Shown: in pieces, positions 52,819 to 62,018 of the stretch | Numbering within the stretch: the stretch's first letter is position 1 | Layout of the letters: each line of letters begins with the position of its first letter | Source: a virus | Length of the DNA stretch: 64,000 nucleotides | Reading direction: 5' to 3' (one strand) | Virus record (IMG/VR): IMGVR_UViG_3300030103_003222 | Coordinates: 18,762 to 82,761 of that record | Program-made: the position numbers and the translations under genes | The notes under the pieces: generated by a model | The model's database searches: none | The model's input: only the letters and a program-made list of their open reading frames with translations | Told to the model about the DNA's origin: nothing

Positions 52819-53111
52819 TGAAACGCACCGCCCATGGACGGCTCGTTGTCTGAGCGGTCATACTCCACGTTCTTGCGCTTCGTGTAGACAGTCTTACCTC
52901 GCTTGAACAGGTCCATGTCCAGTAGGAAATGGTCGGGAACGTCCTCGGACAAGTTCATCTCGATGATGGACTCATATGGCACGATACGTGTCCCGCCCTT
53001 CACGAGTTTGAATGAGGCGAAACCTGCGAACGGTCCATCCATGGGCACGAACTCGCCCGTAAAGGTCGCACGTTCAGTGCGTGAGACAGCGTAGGTGATT
53101 TCCATCATCAT
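52815..53111 (-). CDS. Hypothetical protein (~98 aa)
   Basis: GGAGGTGA RBS before ATG 53111, overlapping the upstream stop. Confidence 0.7.
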   Translation of the reverse strand: MMMEITYAVSRTERATFTGEFVPMDGPFAGFASFKLVKGGTRIVPYESIIEMNLSEDVPDHFLLDMDLFKRGKTVYTKRKNVEYDRSDNEPSMGGAFQ

Positions 53112-53293
53112 TCCTTCACCTCCTCCATCAGCCGCTGCACGTAGACGGCAGCGTCCATCAGTTCTTCCTGCAGGTGTTGCAGCCACTCAAGTAGCGTGAG
53201 GTCCGCACGTTCCATGGTGACGCCGTATTTGACTTCGCCCACCTTGGCTCTTCCCTGAATCTTCTCGCACACTTCGTCTTCAATTCTGCTCAT
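53108..53293 (-). CDS. Small all-alpha protein, MazG/NTP-pyrophosphatase-like
   Basis: 'KYGVTMER...EWLQHLQEELMDAAVY' contains an EExxD motif. GGTGA RBS. Confidence 0.6.
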   Translation of the reverse strand: MSRIEDEVCEKIQGRAKVGEVKYGVTMERADLTLLEWLQHLQEELMDAAVYVQRLMEEVKE

Positions 53294-53298
53294 ATCAA

Positions 53299-55677
53299 TC
53301 ACCAATAGTTCGTAGGCGCAGGCGCACCTGCGGCGACATTCAAATCCCAGCCGAGGCTGTCATAGATGTTCTTGAGTTTCGACTTGACCATGACGTCAAG
53401 CACCTTCTCCCAGTCGACGTGATAGCGACGTAGTTCAGCCTCTTCACGGAAAGCGATGTAGGTGACTTTGCGCTCCTCTCCCTTGAGAGTGAAGTGGTCG
53501 GGCACCTCGTCTTTGAATCCAGCAACGTAAGTCCACGTCACGCTGTCGCCCTTGCGCCACGGCTCGGTGCCGATGTGTTGATTGTAATACAGAGCCGCCT
53601 TGGCTGCTGGTGTTGGGGAAGCGTAGTCATCAGGTTCTTTGGTCAGACGGGTGGATGCGATGACATCCTCCATCCTGACCTTACCGGCCTTCACGTCAAG
53701 TGCGATGGCGCGTAGCGTTTCAGTGACCTCATCCTCGGAGGCTCCATTACCGACCATGTTCATGGCCGTGCGTTGCACACGCTTTGTGATGGTGGAACTG
53801 CTCGATGCCTTGAGTTCATAGCCCGACACCTTCAGTTGTCCGGCCTCGCTCTCAGGCCACGTCTTGAATCCGAAGTAGCGGTTCTTCACAGGTGCCGTGG
53901 TCCAGTAATCGAAATACGCCTCAAGTTCCACGTCCATGTAGGACAGCGACAGTTTCTCCTGCGCTGTCTTGGTCAGGTGTTCAGCAAGCGCCTGTGCCTT
54001 GTCAAAGGGCACTTGGATGAACGCTGAGTCAGTGTGACCGAACAGTGAACGGTAGCCCAACTCCTCGCTCTCAGACATCAGGTGACGGATGGCCTCACGC
54101 CCACGGAACGTGATGGATGATGCTACGTCGTTGTCGACCCACATACCTTGCACAGCCTTCATTCCCATGTAGCCGTAGCAGGCGTTGACCGAAACCTTCG
54201 CCGCCATCTGTAGCATGTTGAAACCCAGCCGCTCCTCGTCTGTCTTGGCCTCCCGCATCTTGCGCTTATACTCGGCACGCAGTTCCAGCATCTCTTCGAC
54301 AATGGACGGTAGCACGCCCTTCGTCTGTTGGTCCCAGTGCGTGCCGTTGCCCAGTGTCTTGATGCCCACTCCCGGCCCAGCACGTTTAGTGGTGGGGCAC
54401 AGGTTGTCGCTGCGAATGATGTTGGGATATAGGGAAGCGTAGTCAACACAGGCCACACCCTCGTGTCGACCCGGCACTGGGTCGGGGATGTGTGCGGCCT
54501 GCATGTGCTCACGCTGCACGTATTTGGCACTGGGTGCCTTCAGGTCGGTGCGTCTGCTGATGAGGCCACGGATGTAGCGTGAGACGTTGTGCGTGCTCGA
54601 CCACTGCACGCCACACAATTGTTGCATGGCCACGAAGAACTCGATGGCGTTGAGCCGCTCTGAGATGTCAGCCAGCAGTGTGGTGTCGCGCAGACAGTAA
54701 TCCACGAAGTCGTCGTAATACTCACGCCACCCGTTGTGGACGGTCATGCCCTCAATCTCATCTGTGAGTTTGGAACCAAGGTCCAGCAACTCAGCGAACG
54801 TGGCGAGTTTGCGGTTGGGCACCTGCCCACGCCCTGACTTTTGCCACAGCGTCTCAAAGCCGCTGCCGCTCTTCCAATGAGCAGCAGAGTCCCAACACAG
54901 CCGACCCTTGATGGGTTGCTGTGTGTCCTTATACCCACCGTCCTTGAAGGGCTTGAACACCTTACCCAAGGGCGACAGGCGCTCAGGTTCGTCCATGCGG
55001 CTCATCATGTGCGGTAGGTCTGCCCACATGATGGCGTGTGCCACGAGGATGTCGGGGTCGCACTCTTCCATGTGCGTCAGGAAGGCGTCGTGCATGTCGG
55101 CTTCGCTACCGAACTCAAACAGAATGTAGCCACCCTCTCGGTCAACGTATCGTTCACGAGGTGTGGTGATGTTGGGTCGCCATGCGAAGACGACGTTCTC
55201 GTCGCTGTGGCTGTCAGCCACGGCCATGACTGTGGTGAACGGGTTGTCCCTGTCTGTGTTCCACTCCAAGTCGAAGTGCCACACACGCGGGTGGAACTCG
55301 GGTAGTCCGTCCGGGTAGAGGGTGAACAGGATTTGGTCGGAGTAATTCAGGTCCGCCTCATACGTGGGCGGAATGCCACGGGCGTTCTTCAGTTCCCACA
55401 GGTCGGTGGGATTGTCGAAGGACACCTTCATCAGTTCCGTGCCGTCGAGCGCTGTCGCTCGCTCGGTGGGGTGAACCACCGCACTGGGGAACTGGAGCCG
55501 CAGTTTGCGCAACCTACGCTCACGCGATGTGGCTGGAATCCAACAGAACGGACGGACGTAATCTTGATGACCGGGGGCGATGATTCGCTCCACCACGTTG
55601 CCTGCCTTGCTTCGCATACGCAGGTAGATGGATGGGCCTTCGGCCGCACCCTCCGGGTAGAACGTGTCAACAATCAT
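53299..55677 (-). CDS. polB: Family B DNA polymerase
   Basis: ExoI 'FDLEW', ExoIII 'YCLRD', motif A 'DYASLYPNII', motif B 'KVSVNACYGYMG', motif C 'FGHTDS', and 'KNRYFG'. Confidence 0.97.
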   Translation of the reverse strand: MIVDTFYPEGAAEGPSIYLRMRSKAGNVVERIIAPGHQDYVRPFCWIPATSRERRLRKLRLQFPSAVVHPTERATALDGTELMKVSFDNPTDLWELKNARGIPPTYEADLNYSDQILFTLYPDGLPEFHPRVWHFDLEWNTDRDNPFTTVMAVADSHSDENVVFAWRPNITTPRERYVDREGGYILFEFGSEADMHDAFLTHMEECDPDILVAHAIMWADLPHMMSRMDEPERLSPLGKVFKPFKDGGYKDTQQPIKGRLCWDSAAHWKSGSGFETLWQKSGRGQVPNRKLATFAELLDLGSKLTDEIEGMTVHNGWREYYDDFVDYCLRDTTLLADISERLNAIEFFVAMQQLCGVQWSSTHNVSRYIRGLISRRTDLKAPSAKYVQREHMQAAHIPDPVPGRHEGVACVDYASLYPNIIRSDNLCPTTKRAGPGVGIKTLGNGTHWDQQTKGVLPSIVEEMLELRAEYKRKMREAKTDEERLGFNMLQMAAKVSVNACYGYMGMKAVQGMWVDNDVASSITFRGREAIRHLMSESEELGYRSLFGHTDSAFIQVPFDKAQALAEHLTKTAQEKLSLSYMDVELEAYFDYWTTAPVKNRYFGFKTWPESEAGQLKVSGYELKASSSSTITKRVQRTAMNMVGNGASEDEVTETLRAIALDVKAGKVRMEDVIASTRLTKEPDDYASPTPAAKAALYYNQHIGTEPWRKGDSVTWTYVAGFKDEVPDHFTLKGEERKVTYIAFREEAELRRYHVDWEKVLDVMVKSKLKNIYDSLGWDLNVAAGAPAPTNYW

Positions 55678-55681
55678 GGCG

Positions 55682-56446
55682 TCACGCCCGTTGGTCCACG
55701 ACAATGAGCGTAGCCTCTCCGCTGTCCCATGACTGCATGAGAATCAACGGCGCTGACTCGCCCACGCTGAACTTGGCCTGACTGGGATTGAGCAGGGGTA
55801 GTGTCTCGATGAACCACGCTCCGTAGTTCGCCTTGACCTTGTCACCCACAGCGTCGCTTACCGGCGTCGAGGCGAAATAGCGTGCCTCGTGTGCCTTGCC
55901 TGCGCGGATGACGAACTCCTTCTCGGAAGGGTTGACCGTCACCTCAAACACAGGGCTGCTGTCGAGAATGCCACTCATGGCCTTGACAGACATGAGGTCG
56001 CTCAAATCCACTGAGCCGGACGTGGACACGTCCTTGTTGGCGAACGTCGTCTGCTTGGAGTCAACGTAGGCTTGGAACATCTTGCCGACGATGGATGCAC
56101 GCGATGCACTGGTGATTGATGTCGAGGTAGGGAACTGCACCTTGGACCGGCCGGCGATGACGAACAACGTCTTGCCTGAGCCTGTCTGTTTCAGCGTCAC
56201 GAACTCACTCTTGCAGCGCTTGATGAACTGCCGTGTCTTGTCCAAGTCGCTGATGTAGAACGTCCCGGTGTCCTCCTTGCCCTCATAGGGGATGAGTCCC
56301 TTCCGACGTAGGTAATACGTCTGAAACGCGACCTCAGCCTCCATGACTCCGCCCGCACTCAGCGTGACCAGTAGGTCTTCAGCGACTGCGCCGAAGGACG
56401 ACAGGAATGCGTTTAGTGCCTTCGCGTTGAACTTCATGCTCGGCAT
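55682..56446 (-). CDS. Putative sliding clamp (PCNA-like)
   Basis: 254 aa with a two-domain beta-alpha-beta pattern, adjacent to polB. A clamp loader is present in the same arm. Sequence motifs are weak. Confidence 0.6.
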   Translation of the reverse strand: MPSMKFNAKALNAFLSSFGAVAEDLLVTLSAGGVMEAEVAFQTYYLRRKGLIPYEGKEDTGTFYISDLDKTRQFIKRCKSEFVTLKQTGSGKTLFVIAGRSKVQFPTSTSITSASRASIVGKMFQAYVDSKQTTFANKDVSTSGSVDLSDLMSVKAMSGILDSSPVFEVTVNPSEKEFVIRAGKAHEARYFASTPVSDAVGDKVKANYGAWFIETLPLLNPSQAKFSVGESAPLILMQSWDSGEATLIVVDQRA

Positions 56447-56670
56447 CAGATGGACCCCCTGTATTTGCGAGGCTTAGACCCCATGCCGACACGCTCCGTC
56501 ATTTCGATGGGGAGGCGTCGTTGGTTGTCGCCGGTGATGTCAGCGAAGTCGGTGAGACTGGACTGCTTGAGCACATGCCCACCGCAGTGCACACAGATGT
56601 GCGGCTTCTGCGTAGGCTCAGGCTCAGGCTTGCTGCCCATGACCTTCTTCCACAATTTCCATTTGCTCAT
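56446..56670 (-). CDS. Small protein (74 aa) with one CxxC
   Basis: ATG 56670 follows a purine-rich AAGGAGAG site. TGATG coupling to the clamp gene. Confidence 0.6.
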   Translation of the reverse strand: MSKWKLWKKVMGSKPEPEPTQKPHICVHCGGHVLKQSSLTDFADITGDNQRRLPIEMTERVGMGSKPRKYRGSI

Positions 56671-56689
56671 CTTTCTCTCTCCTTGATGG

Positions 56690-56820
56690 TGCACAGGTGG
56701 GGGGACGCGCAGGAAGAAGAAACGAACCTCCCCTGCAACCTGTAACCACAGCCCTTGGAATAGCCGTGGTGAGGTGAAACCCTTCGCGCGTCTTTACTCC
56801 GCAGACCCCCATGTTGTGCA
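56690..56820 (-). ncRNA. Candidate structured RNA / cis-regulatory element (multi-stem, four-way junction)
   Basis: Nested complementary segments TGCACA/TGTGCA, TGGGGG/CCCCCA and GACGC/GCGTC enclose three hairpins. G-U pairs work only on the minus strand. One hairpin has UUCG at its apex. Confidence 0.6.
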
Positions 56821-57822
56821 TCACAGCGAGCCGTCGTAGAGTTCGGGCAACCCGAACCACTGCGGCTCCTTTCCTGCCTCCGTGATGAGTGTAGTGCGGC
56901 GCTGTCCCTGCAGTTTCGCATTGGTCTTGCTCTTGTCGAACGTGACCTGATATTCGCTGCGGATGACTTCGCCTGTCTCTTCGTCCTTCTCGTCCTTGCG
57001 CTCACAGCGCAGAATCTGATACACGTAGTTGTTGGATGACTTCTCGTAGTCGGGACGCCACTGTGGTGCAGTGTCCTCGCTCTTGCCGAAGGAGTAGTTC
57101 GTCAAGCGCAGGTGCGTCTCCCAAAAGACACGCACACCGGCCTTGACCAGCCCACGACAAATCGCCGTCAGTTGGTGGAAGCGAGTCTTGCGGATGGCCC
57201 AGTCCCACTGGTGGCCCACCTTCTTGTTCCAGTCAGCGGCCTCGATGCCGTCCTTGGCGATGTTGAGGTCAACGATGCGCATGCAGTTCACACACACGCT
57301 GTCCCACAAGTCGATGCCTGTGATGTGGACACCCCACAGACGAGGACCGTCATAGTCGGGGTTGCGTTGATTCTGAGCGCACTCCAGTGCGAACTGCCCA
57401 AGGCTCATCAGACGTTCGTGTGTGAGCGGGTAGTCGTAGGCTGTGCGGTCCTTCTTCATCATGACCCAAGGCTCCCACACACGAATGCTCTGCTGCGAGG
57501 AGTGGAAGGCCGACTTGTTGGCGGCGAGGCCACCGTCGAAGTCAAAGCCCCACAGTTCCATCTTCCTCTCTTGCTCGGTGCGCTCAGGTGCTTGAAGCCA
57601 CTTGCCGTAGGCGTCTGTGACCACAGCCGTCTTCCCGGTGTTGTCGTGCCCAGCGAGCACACAGAACGTGTGCGTCTGCGGCATGTGGTCCATCGTGGTC
57701 AGTTCTTGCCGAAGGTCTGCGAAGGGGTCAGCGTTCTCACGCTTGTGAGGAGGTGTCTCCTCAATCTCCTTCTGCTCCTTCTGCTCCTTCTCTGCTTGCT
57801 TCGTCTTTCCAAATCCTGCCAT
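56821..57822 (-). CDS. P-loop ATPase (AAA_24 / Sak4-like recombination ATPase)
   Basis: Walker A 'AGHDNTGKT', 'GFDFDGG' and 'VFWETH', with RecA-like C-terminal strands. Located near the SSB-like gene. Confidence 0.7.
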   Translation of the reverse strand: MAGFGKTKQAEKEQKEQKEIEETPPHKRENADPFADLRQELTTMDHMPQTHTFCVLAGHDNTGKTAVVTDAYGKWLQAPERTEQERKMELWGFDFDGGLAANKSAFHSSQQSIRVWEPWVMMKKDRTAYDYPLTHERLMSLGQFALECAQNQRNPDYDGPRLWGVHITGIDLWDSVCVNCMRIVDLNIAKDGIEAADWNKKVGHQWDWAIRKTRFHQLTAICRGLVKAGVRVFWETHLRLTNYSFGKSEDTAPQWRPDYEKSSNNYVYQILRCERKDEKDEETGEVIRSEYQVTFDKSKTNAKLQGQRRTTLITEAGKEPQWFGLPELYDGSL

Positions 57823-58212
57823 TCACTCTTCCTCCTGCAAAATGTCCGCGCCAAGCATTCCTGCGATTGTCTTGGCGATGTGATTGGTGTTGCCGTCCCC
57901 GAGAGGGATGGTGAGGATGCTGGATGAGAGAGGGTCAATCATGATGACCTCATCCCTTGACTCAAGGTCTTCCATCGTTTCCTGACCGTCGAAGAGCACC
58001 ACATCACCCACGATGGGAGTGCCCGCCATCTGCGATGCCTTGCTGTTGTGTGAAAGGCCCATGCGTTTGCCGTCCTCATTCACATACATGTGCCGCCCGT
58101 CGAAGATGCGAACGCACTCGATGTAGCCACCGACCGCATCTTGCATCTGCTTGGTGGAGGGGTTGATGCACAAGGGAACAATGTCCCCGTCTGCTTTCAA
58201 AACAAGTGCCAT
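57823..58212 (-). CDS. DUF3846-like protein
   Basis: 'MQDAVGGYIECV...MYVNEDGKRMGLSHNSKAS...IVGDVVL'. Confidence 0.8.
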   Translation of the reverse strand: MALVLKADGDIVPLCINPSTKQMQDAVGGYIECVRIFDGRHMYVNEDGKRMGLSHNSKASQMAGTPIVGDVVLFDGQETMEDLESRDEVIMIDPLSSSILTIPLGDGNTNHIAKTIAGMLGADILQEEE

Positions 58213-58222
58213 TCATCTCACC

Positions 58223-59557
58223 TCAGTTGAACTGGCCTCGGCCAGTGTCCCCGCCAGTCTGTCGACGGCGGATGCGGCGCGGGTCAGCGAAGACACCCAT
58301 GACCTTCAGGTTGGGGATGTCAGCACCGTCCTTGCGCTTGACTGCGACGCGACCGACGACGAGCACCGTTGAGCGCTCAGCGTAGGGAATCTCGTCTTCA
58401 CCGTCACGGGCGATGAATGGATTGGTCAAGTCGTGACACGCACTACCCATCCAACCCATGACCTCGGAGGAGTCGCCACGTCCGTGTTCGGACTGGAGCG
58501 CCATGCTGGTGAGGGCAATCGAATACCCACGCCCGTCCTCGTCATATTGATTGTCGCGAGCCTCGCTGCTCAGGCGGTTGACCGTGCCACGAGTGATGAC
58601 CACCGGTCCCTGCTTCCCTTGCTCACCGTTGTTCAGACTGAACGTGCGGCTACGCGACTCGAACACTTCCACGAGGTCTTCAAGCGGTGCGAAGGCATCG
58701 TGGAGTTCCATGTCGGTCCACGCCCTGAACGGATGCAGAGCAGAGCGGTCGTCCTCGGACACGAAGTCGTCACTGTAGGCGATGCTCTTGTGCACACCGA
58801 GGCCGGTGCTGAGCACGTCGGCCCAGTCCTTCGCCACGTTCTCGTTTGGTGGGCGAGCAGGAACGCGACAAGGGACACCAATCTGAATCTCCATGTCTGC
58901 GTCCTCGCCTTGGCAGTCAAGCCGCCACTGCTGAATCGCCCCATCCTCAGTGAACTTGCTCTCCTCTGCGCCGAGGAAGTAATAGTTCCGACCCATCATG
59001 CTCATGGCCTTGGGCTTACCGCTCTTGGCCAGCAAACAGACACGCTCGTTATCAGCAACGAATGAGTGCTCGGGCACTTCGTCCGAGGGCATGGAGGTGC
59101 TCTGCTCACCCTTGTTGGTGACGAGCGCCCATGTCTCTCCTCGCTTGATGTAATGACCAACGAAGCCGTCTCCAACGGCCTTGTTGGGGTCGAGAGTGAA
59201 GTCACGCTTGGCCCTACGCACGAGGTTCGCGCGGCGGTCATAGCGCTTGGGGTCGACGCCGAGGAACCAACCCACGTAGTTCACAGTGCCAGCCATCGCG
59301 TTGCCACCACTGGCGGCACGCGTTTCGACAAGCATCATCTCGGTCCAGTCAACGAGGAGGTCTTCGTCCTCGTCTTCGGGGTGGTCGCACGAGAACTCCT
59401 TCGCGACGTAGGCTCGCCACTCGGCAAGCACTTCATCATAGGGGCGCTTCGTGCGCTCACCATATTTGGTGAGGCGCTCCACCACCCCTGCGGGGAGAGC
59501 AGCCTCGGCATTCGTTTCACTGGCATCGTAGTTCGGTTCTTCATATTCTTCTGTCAT
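58223..59557 (-). CDS. Putative OB-fold ssDNA-binding (RPA-like) protein
   Basis: Acidic and beta-rich, with OB-like strands ('VVITRGTVNRL', 'STVLVVGRV...NLKVMGVFA'). GGAGGTG RBS. Located in the replication cluster. Confidence 0.5.
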   Translation of the reverse strand: MTEEYEEPNYDASETNAEAALPAGVVERLTKYGERTKRPYDEVLAEWRAYVAKEFSCDHPEDEDEDLLVDWTEMMLVETRAASGGNAMAGTVNYVGWFLGVDPKRYDRRANLVRRAKRDFTLDPNKAVGDGFVGHYIKRGETWALVTNKGEQSTSMPSDEVPEHSFVADNERVCLLAKSGKPKAMSMMGRNYYFLGAEESKFTEDGAIQQWRLDCQGEDADMEIQIGVPCRVPARPPNENVAKDWADVLSTGLGVHKSIAYSDDFVSEDDRSALHPFRAWTDMELHDAFAPLEDLVEVFESRSRTFSLNNGEQGKQGPVVITRGTVNRLSSEARDNQYDEDGRGYSIALTSMALQSEHGRGDSSEVMGWMGSACHDLTNPFIARDGEDEIPYAERSTVLVVGRVAVKRKDGADIPNLKVMGVFADPRRIRRRQTGGDTGRGQFN

Positions 59558-60453
59558 ACCGCCACCTCCTTTCTGAGACGTGCCACGAGGCAGTCCACAA
59601 AGGAATAGGAACTCAACCGCCACTCGAACATGACGGGGAGCATGTCACCGAGCACGGCCATGATGTCGAACGTTCTGTCGGCATCCATCTCGAAAAACTC
59701 GGTCAGACTGTTGAGGAAGCCGTTCATCACGGTGTTGAGGGGGCGTCCATTGTCCAGCGACCTATAGAGCGCGGCACGTAGTTCCATCCACTCGCCGCCA
59801 ATGGCGGAGAGGGATGCGTTGGAATCTTCACCACCCTTGGCCAACATCTCTCTGATGTCATCGGGCTGCATGAGTTCAATGTCGCGCACGAACTTGCGCA
59901 AGTCCTTGCTGTGATAGGCATACAGGGAGGCCGTGTAGTCGTGAACCACTCCGTGCTTGAACAGCGCCCACTCGTTGACTTCCTCAATTGATGGGGGCAC
60001 GAACTCGAATACCATGCACCGGCTCCTGATGGCCGGTCGGATTTTGCTCAGGTCGTTGGCGGTGAGGATGAAGAGAGCATTCTCTGCGCCCTCCTCCATG
60101 ATTTGACGCATGGCGTCCTGCGCGGCAGGCGTAAGCCCACCGGCCTCGTCAATGAAGATGGCTCGCCGCTTAGCACCAAGCGGTGCAGTGAGCGACAAGC
60201 GCTTGAGTTCGCCTCGGATGTAGTCGATGCCTCGCTCATCAGAACCGTTGCTCTTGGTGTAGTTCACTGGGTCGAAGAAGTCGCCCAGCATCAAACGCGC
60301 CAGCATCTCTGCGGCCGTCGTCTTACCCAATCCCGGTGCACCGTGAAACAACACAGCAGGTGGGAATTGCCCACTGGTGTGCCATGCCTGAGCCTGTCGG
60401 CGGAACGCCTCGTGGCCACACAGTCCGTTCAGAATTTCTCCGTAGTCCGTCAT
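59554..60453 (-). CDS. rfcS: Clamp loader, RFC small-subunit-like AAA+ ATPase
   Basis: 'GAPGLGKTT', 'NGSDERGIDYIR', 'IFIDEA', 'AQDAMRQIME' and 'IRSRC'. Confidence 0.93.
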   Translation of the reverse strand: MTDYGEILNGLCGHEAFRRQAQAWHTSGQFPPAVLFHGAPGLGKTTAAEMLARLMLGDFFDPVNYTKSNGSDERGIDYIRGELKRLSLTAPLGAKRRAIFIDEAGGLTPAAQDAMRQIMEEGAENALFILTANDLSKIRPAIRSRCMVFEFVPPSIEEVNEWALFKHGVVHDYTASLYAYHSKDLRKFVRDIELMQPDDIREMLAKGGEDSNASLSAIGGEWMELRAALYRSLDNGRPLNTVMNGFLNSLTEFFEMDADRTFDIMAVLGDMLPVMFEWRLSSYSFVDCLVARLRKEVAV

Positions 60454-60473
60454 CTCAACCTCTCCTCCTCTGT

Positions 60474-60485
60474 TTCTTTAAATAC
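60474..60485 (-). promoter_or_regulatory. Candidate TATA box upstream of the replication operon
   Basis: Minus strand GTATTTAAAGAA lies about 21-32 nt before the RFC ATG and is followed by GAGGAGAGAGG. Confidence 0.55.
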
Positions 60486-60878
60486 TCACAGCGATTTTTG
60501 CTCGTCAAGTGCGCTCTCGGGCGTGAAGTTGTCCCACTGGATGGCCCACTCTTCGATGTTGTCTGCCTTGTTGAGCGGATGCTTGATTTGGAATTGATAG
60601 CGGAGGAAGTTCAGGTAGGCTGTCGGGTTCAGCATCTCGATGCCCACGTAGTGGTCGATGAAGTGGAAGATGAACTCGATGTCCGTCCTGCCTTCATAGG
60701 ATTCCTTTAGCGGCTTTTCAGTGAGAGCCTCCCACGCTTCCGCTGCTTTGGGCGAGAGTGGGGGTATCTTCAACGACGAACGAACTCTGAACCCGTGCTT
60801 ACTTCTCTCCGAGGCGACAACGTAGCAGTGGGCCTTCAGGGATGAAGCGATGTAGAATGCAAGTTCCTTTGGCTTCAC
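60486..60878 (-). CDS. Hypothetical protein (130 aa), possibly a degenerate LAGLIDADG fold
   Basis: ORF coupled (GTGA) to the upstream gene. The pattern 'ELAFYIASSL...SKHGFRVRSSLKI' has no acidic catalytic residue. Confidence 0.55.
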   Translation of the reverse strand: MKPKELAFYIASSLKAHCYVVASERSKHGFRVRSSLKIPPLSPKAAEAWEALTEKPLKESYEGRTDIEFIFHFIDHYVGIEMLNPTAYLNFLRYQFQIKHPLNKADNIEEWAIQWDNFTPESALDEQKSL

Positions 60879-62014
60879 TGTTCTCCCTCCAGCAACCCTT
60901 CGATGGCGTCCACGTATTGCGAGATGTCAGAATACCCGAGGTCGGGTCGTTCTTCCCCAACAAGCCCCCGCGTCATCTGACCGTCTTTGAAGTCAATGGG
61001 GATGACCTCGACTACACGGATGTCGTCTTCGTTGTGTGGGCGTCGGGACAGTGTGCCTGCATCAGCCATCTCACCGAACTCGCACAAGTCGATACCGTCC
61101 AGTGCCTCAAAGCGAGCCGGACCCTTCACGCCGAAGCGGAGGTTGAGGTAGCACATGGCTCGCATCGGGTAGACTGCGATGCGGTCTTCGCCGTCCTTCA
61201 TCTCGACACGCATGGTGTTCTCATCGAGCAAGGCTTGCTCTGCTTCCTCCTTCGTGACCATGTGTTCTTCATAGAAGACGAGGCCAGTCTTGGTGAGTGA
61301 GAAGACTGCACCCGGCACCACTTTTCGAGTGCCGATGACTCCCGCTCGCATACGCTCACCGTTCCGCAGGTAGACAGCACCGCTGTCGTCAACGAAGCCA
61401 AGACGCCCCTTGGGCACGATGGCGTAGCACCGTTGTGCAGGCATGTCGGGTGAAGGTAGAGCGCGTGCTGCACGAACAACCGGTAGTCGCTGGAGGGCTG
61501 CGTTCATCTTCGGCGCTCCTGCGAGAATGTGACCGATGTTCTCACGGTTCAGGTCCAAGCCTCGTGGGATGGGGACACGGCGTGAGCGGCATAGTCCCTG
61601 CATGAATGCTCGTCGGCTGATGACGGGTGGCGAGTTCAGCATGCAGCGCCACACGAGGCGGGCCTCCTTCTCGCTGAACTGTCGTGTGATGTCTGAAAAC
61701 GATGCTGCTTCATAAGGGAAGAGCGCGACCTGCATGACCGTCATGTTCCTCGACTCGTAGGCTGCGCTCTCAGATGCGAGAGCGAACCACAAGTCCTCTT
61801 CAGGGAAGTGAGCCATGGCCACGTCAGCGAACAGCCCCGTCTCATGCTCGACCTTACCGGCAACGGTGCCGGGGCGCAGTCGTGCGAATCCGGGGAAGAA
61901 GAAGTCGTAGCAGTGCTCGACCTCTTCGCGCGTTTCCAATCGAGCCAAGGCGTCAACGTGACGCTCGCCATGGCACAGTCGTTCGTGTATGTCTGCCAGT
62001 TTGTTGAATCTCAT
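60875..62014 (-). CDS. Degenerate ATP-dependent DNA ligase-like protein (379 aa)
   Basis: N-terminal 'MRFNKLADIHERL' and 'EKEARLVWRCML' (DNA-binding-domain-like), 'VYLRNGE', and C-terminal 'VVEV...EERPDLGYSDISQ' (OB end). No KxDGxR motif. Confidence 0.55.
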   Translation of the reverse strand: MRFNKLADIHERLCHGERHVDALARLETREEVEHCYDFFFPGFARLRPGTVAGKVEHETGLFADVAMAHFPEEDLWFALASESAAYESRNMTVMQVALFPYEAASFSDITRQFSEKEARLVWRCMLNSPPVISRRAFMQGLCRSRRVPIPRGLDLNRENIGHILAGAPKMNAALQRLPVVRAARALPSPDMPAQRCYAIVPKGRLGFVDDSGAVYLRNGERMRAGVIGTRKVVPGAVFSLTKTGLVFYEEHMVTKEEAEQALLDENTMRVEMKDGEDRIAVYPMRAMCYLNLRFGVKGPARFEALDGIDLCEFGEMADAGTLSRRPHNEDDIRVVEVIPIDFKDGQMTRGLVGEERPDLGYSDISQYVDAIEGLLEGEQ

Positions 62015-62018
62015 GTCT

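Noticed and set aside
56690-56820. tRNA or hammerhead ribozyme call for the structured element
   Set aside because: It lacks the T-loop GTTCRA, D-loop and 7-bp acceptor geometry of a tRNA, and there is no correctly placed CUGANGA/GAAA core on one strand.
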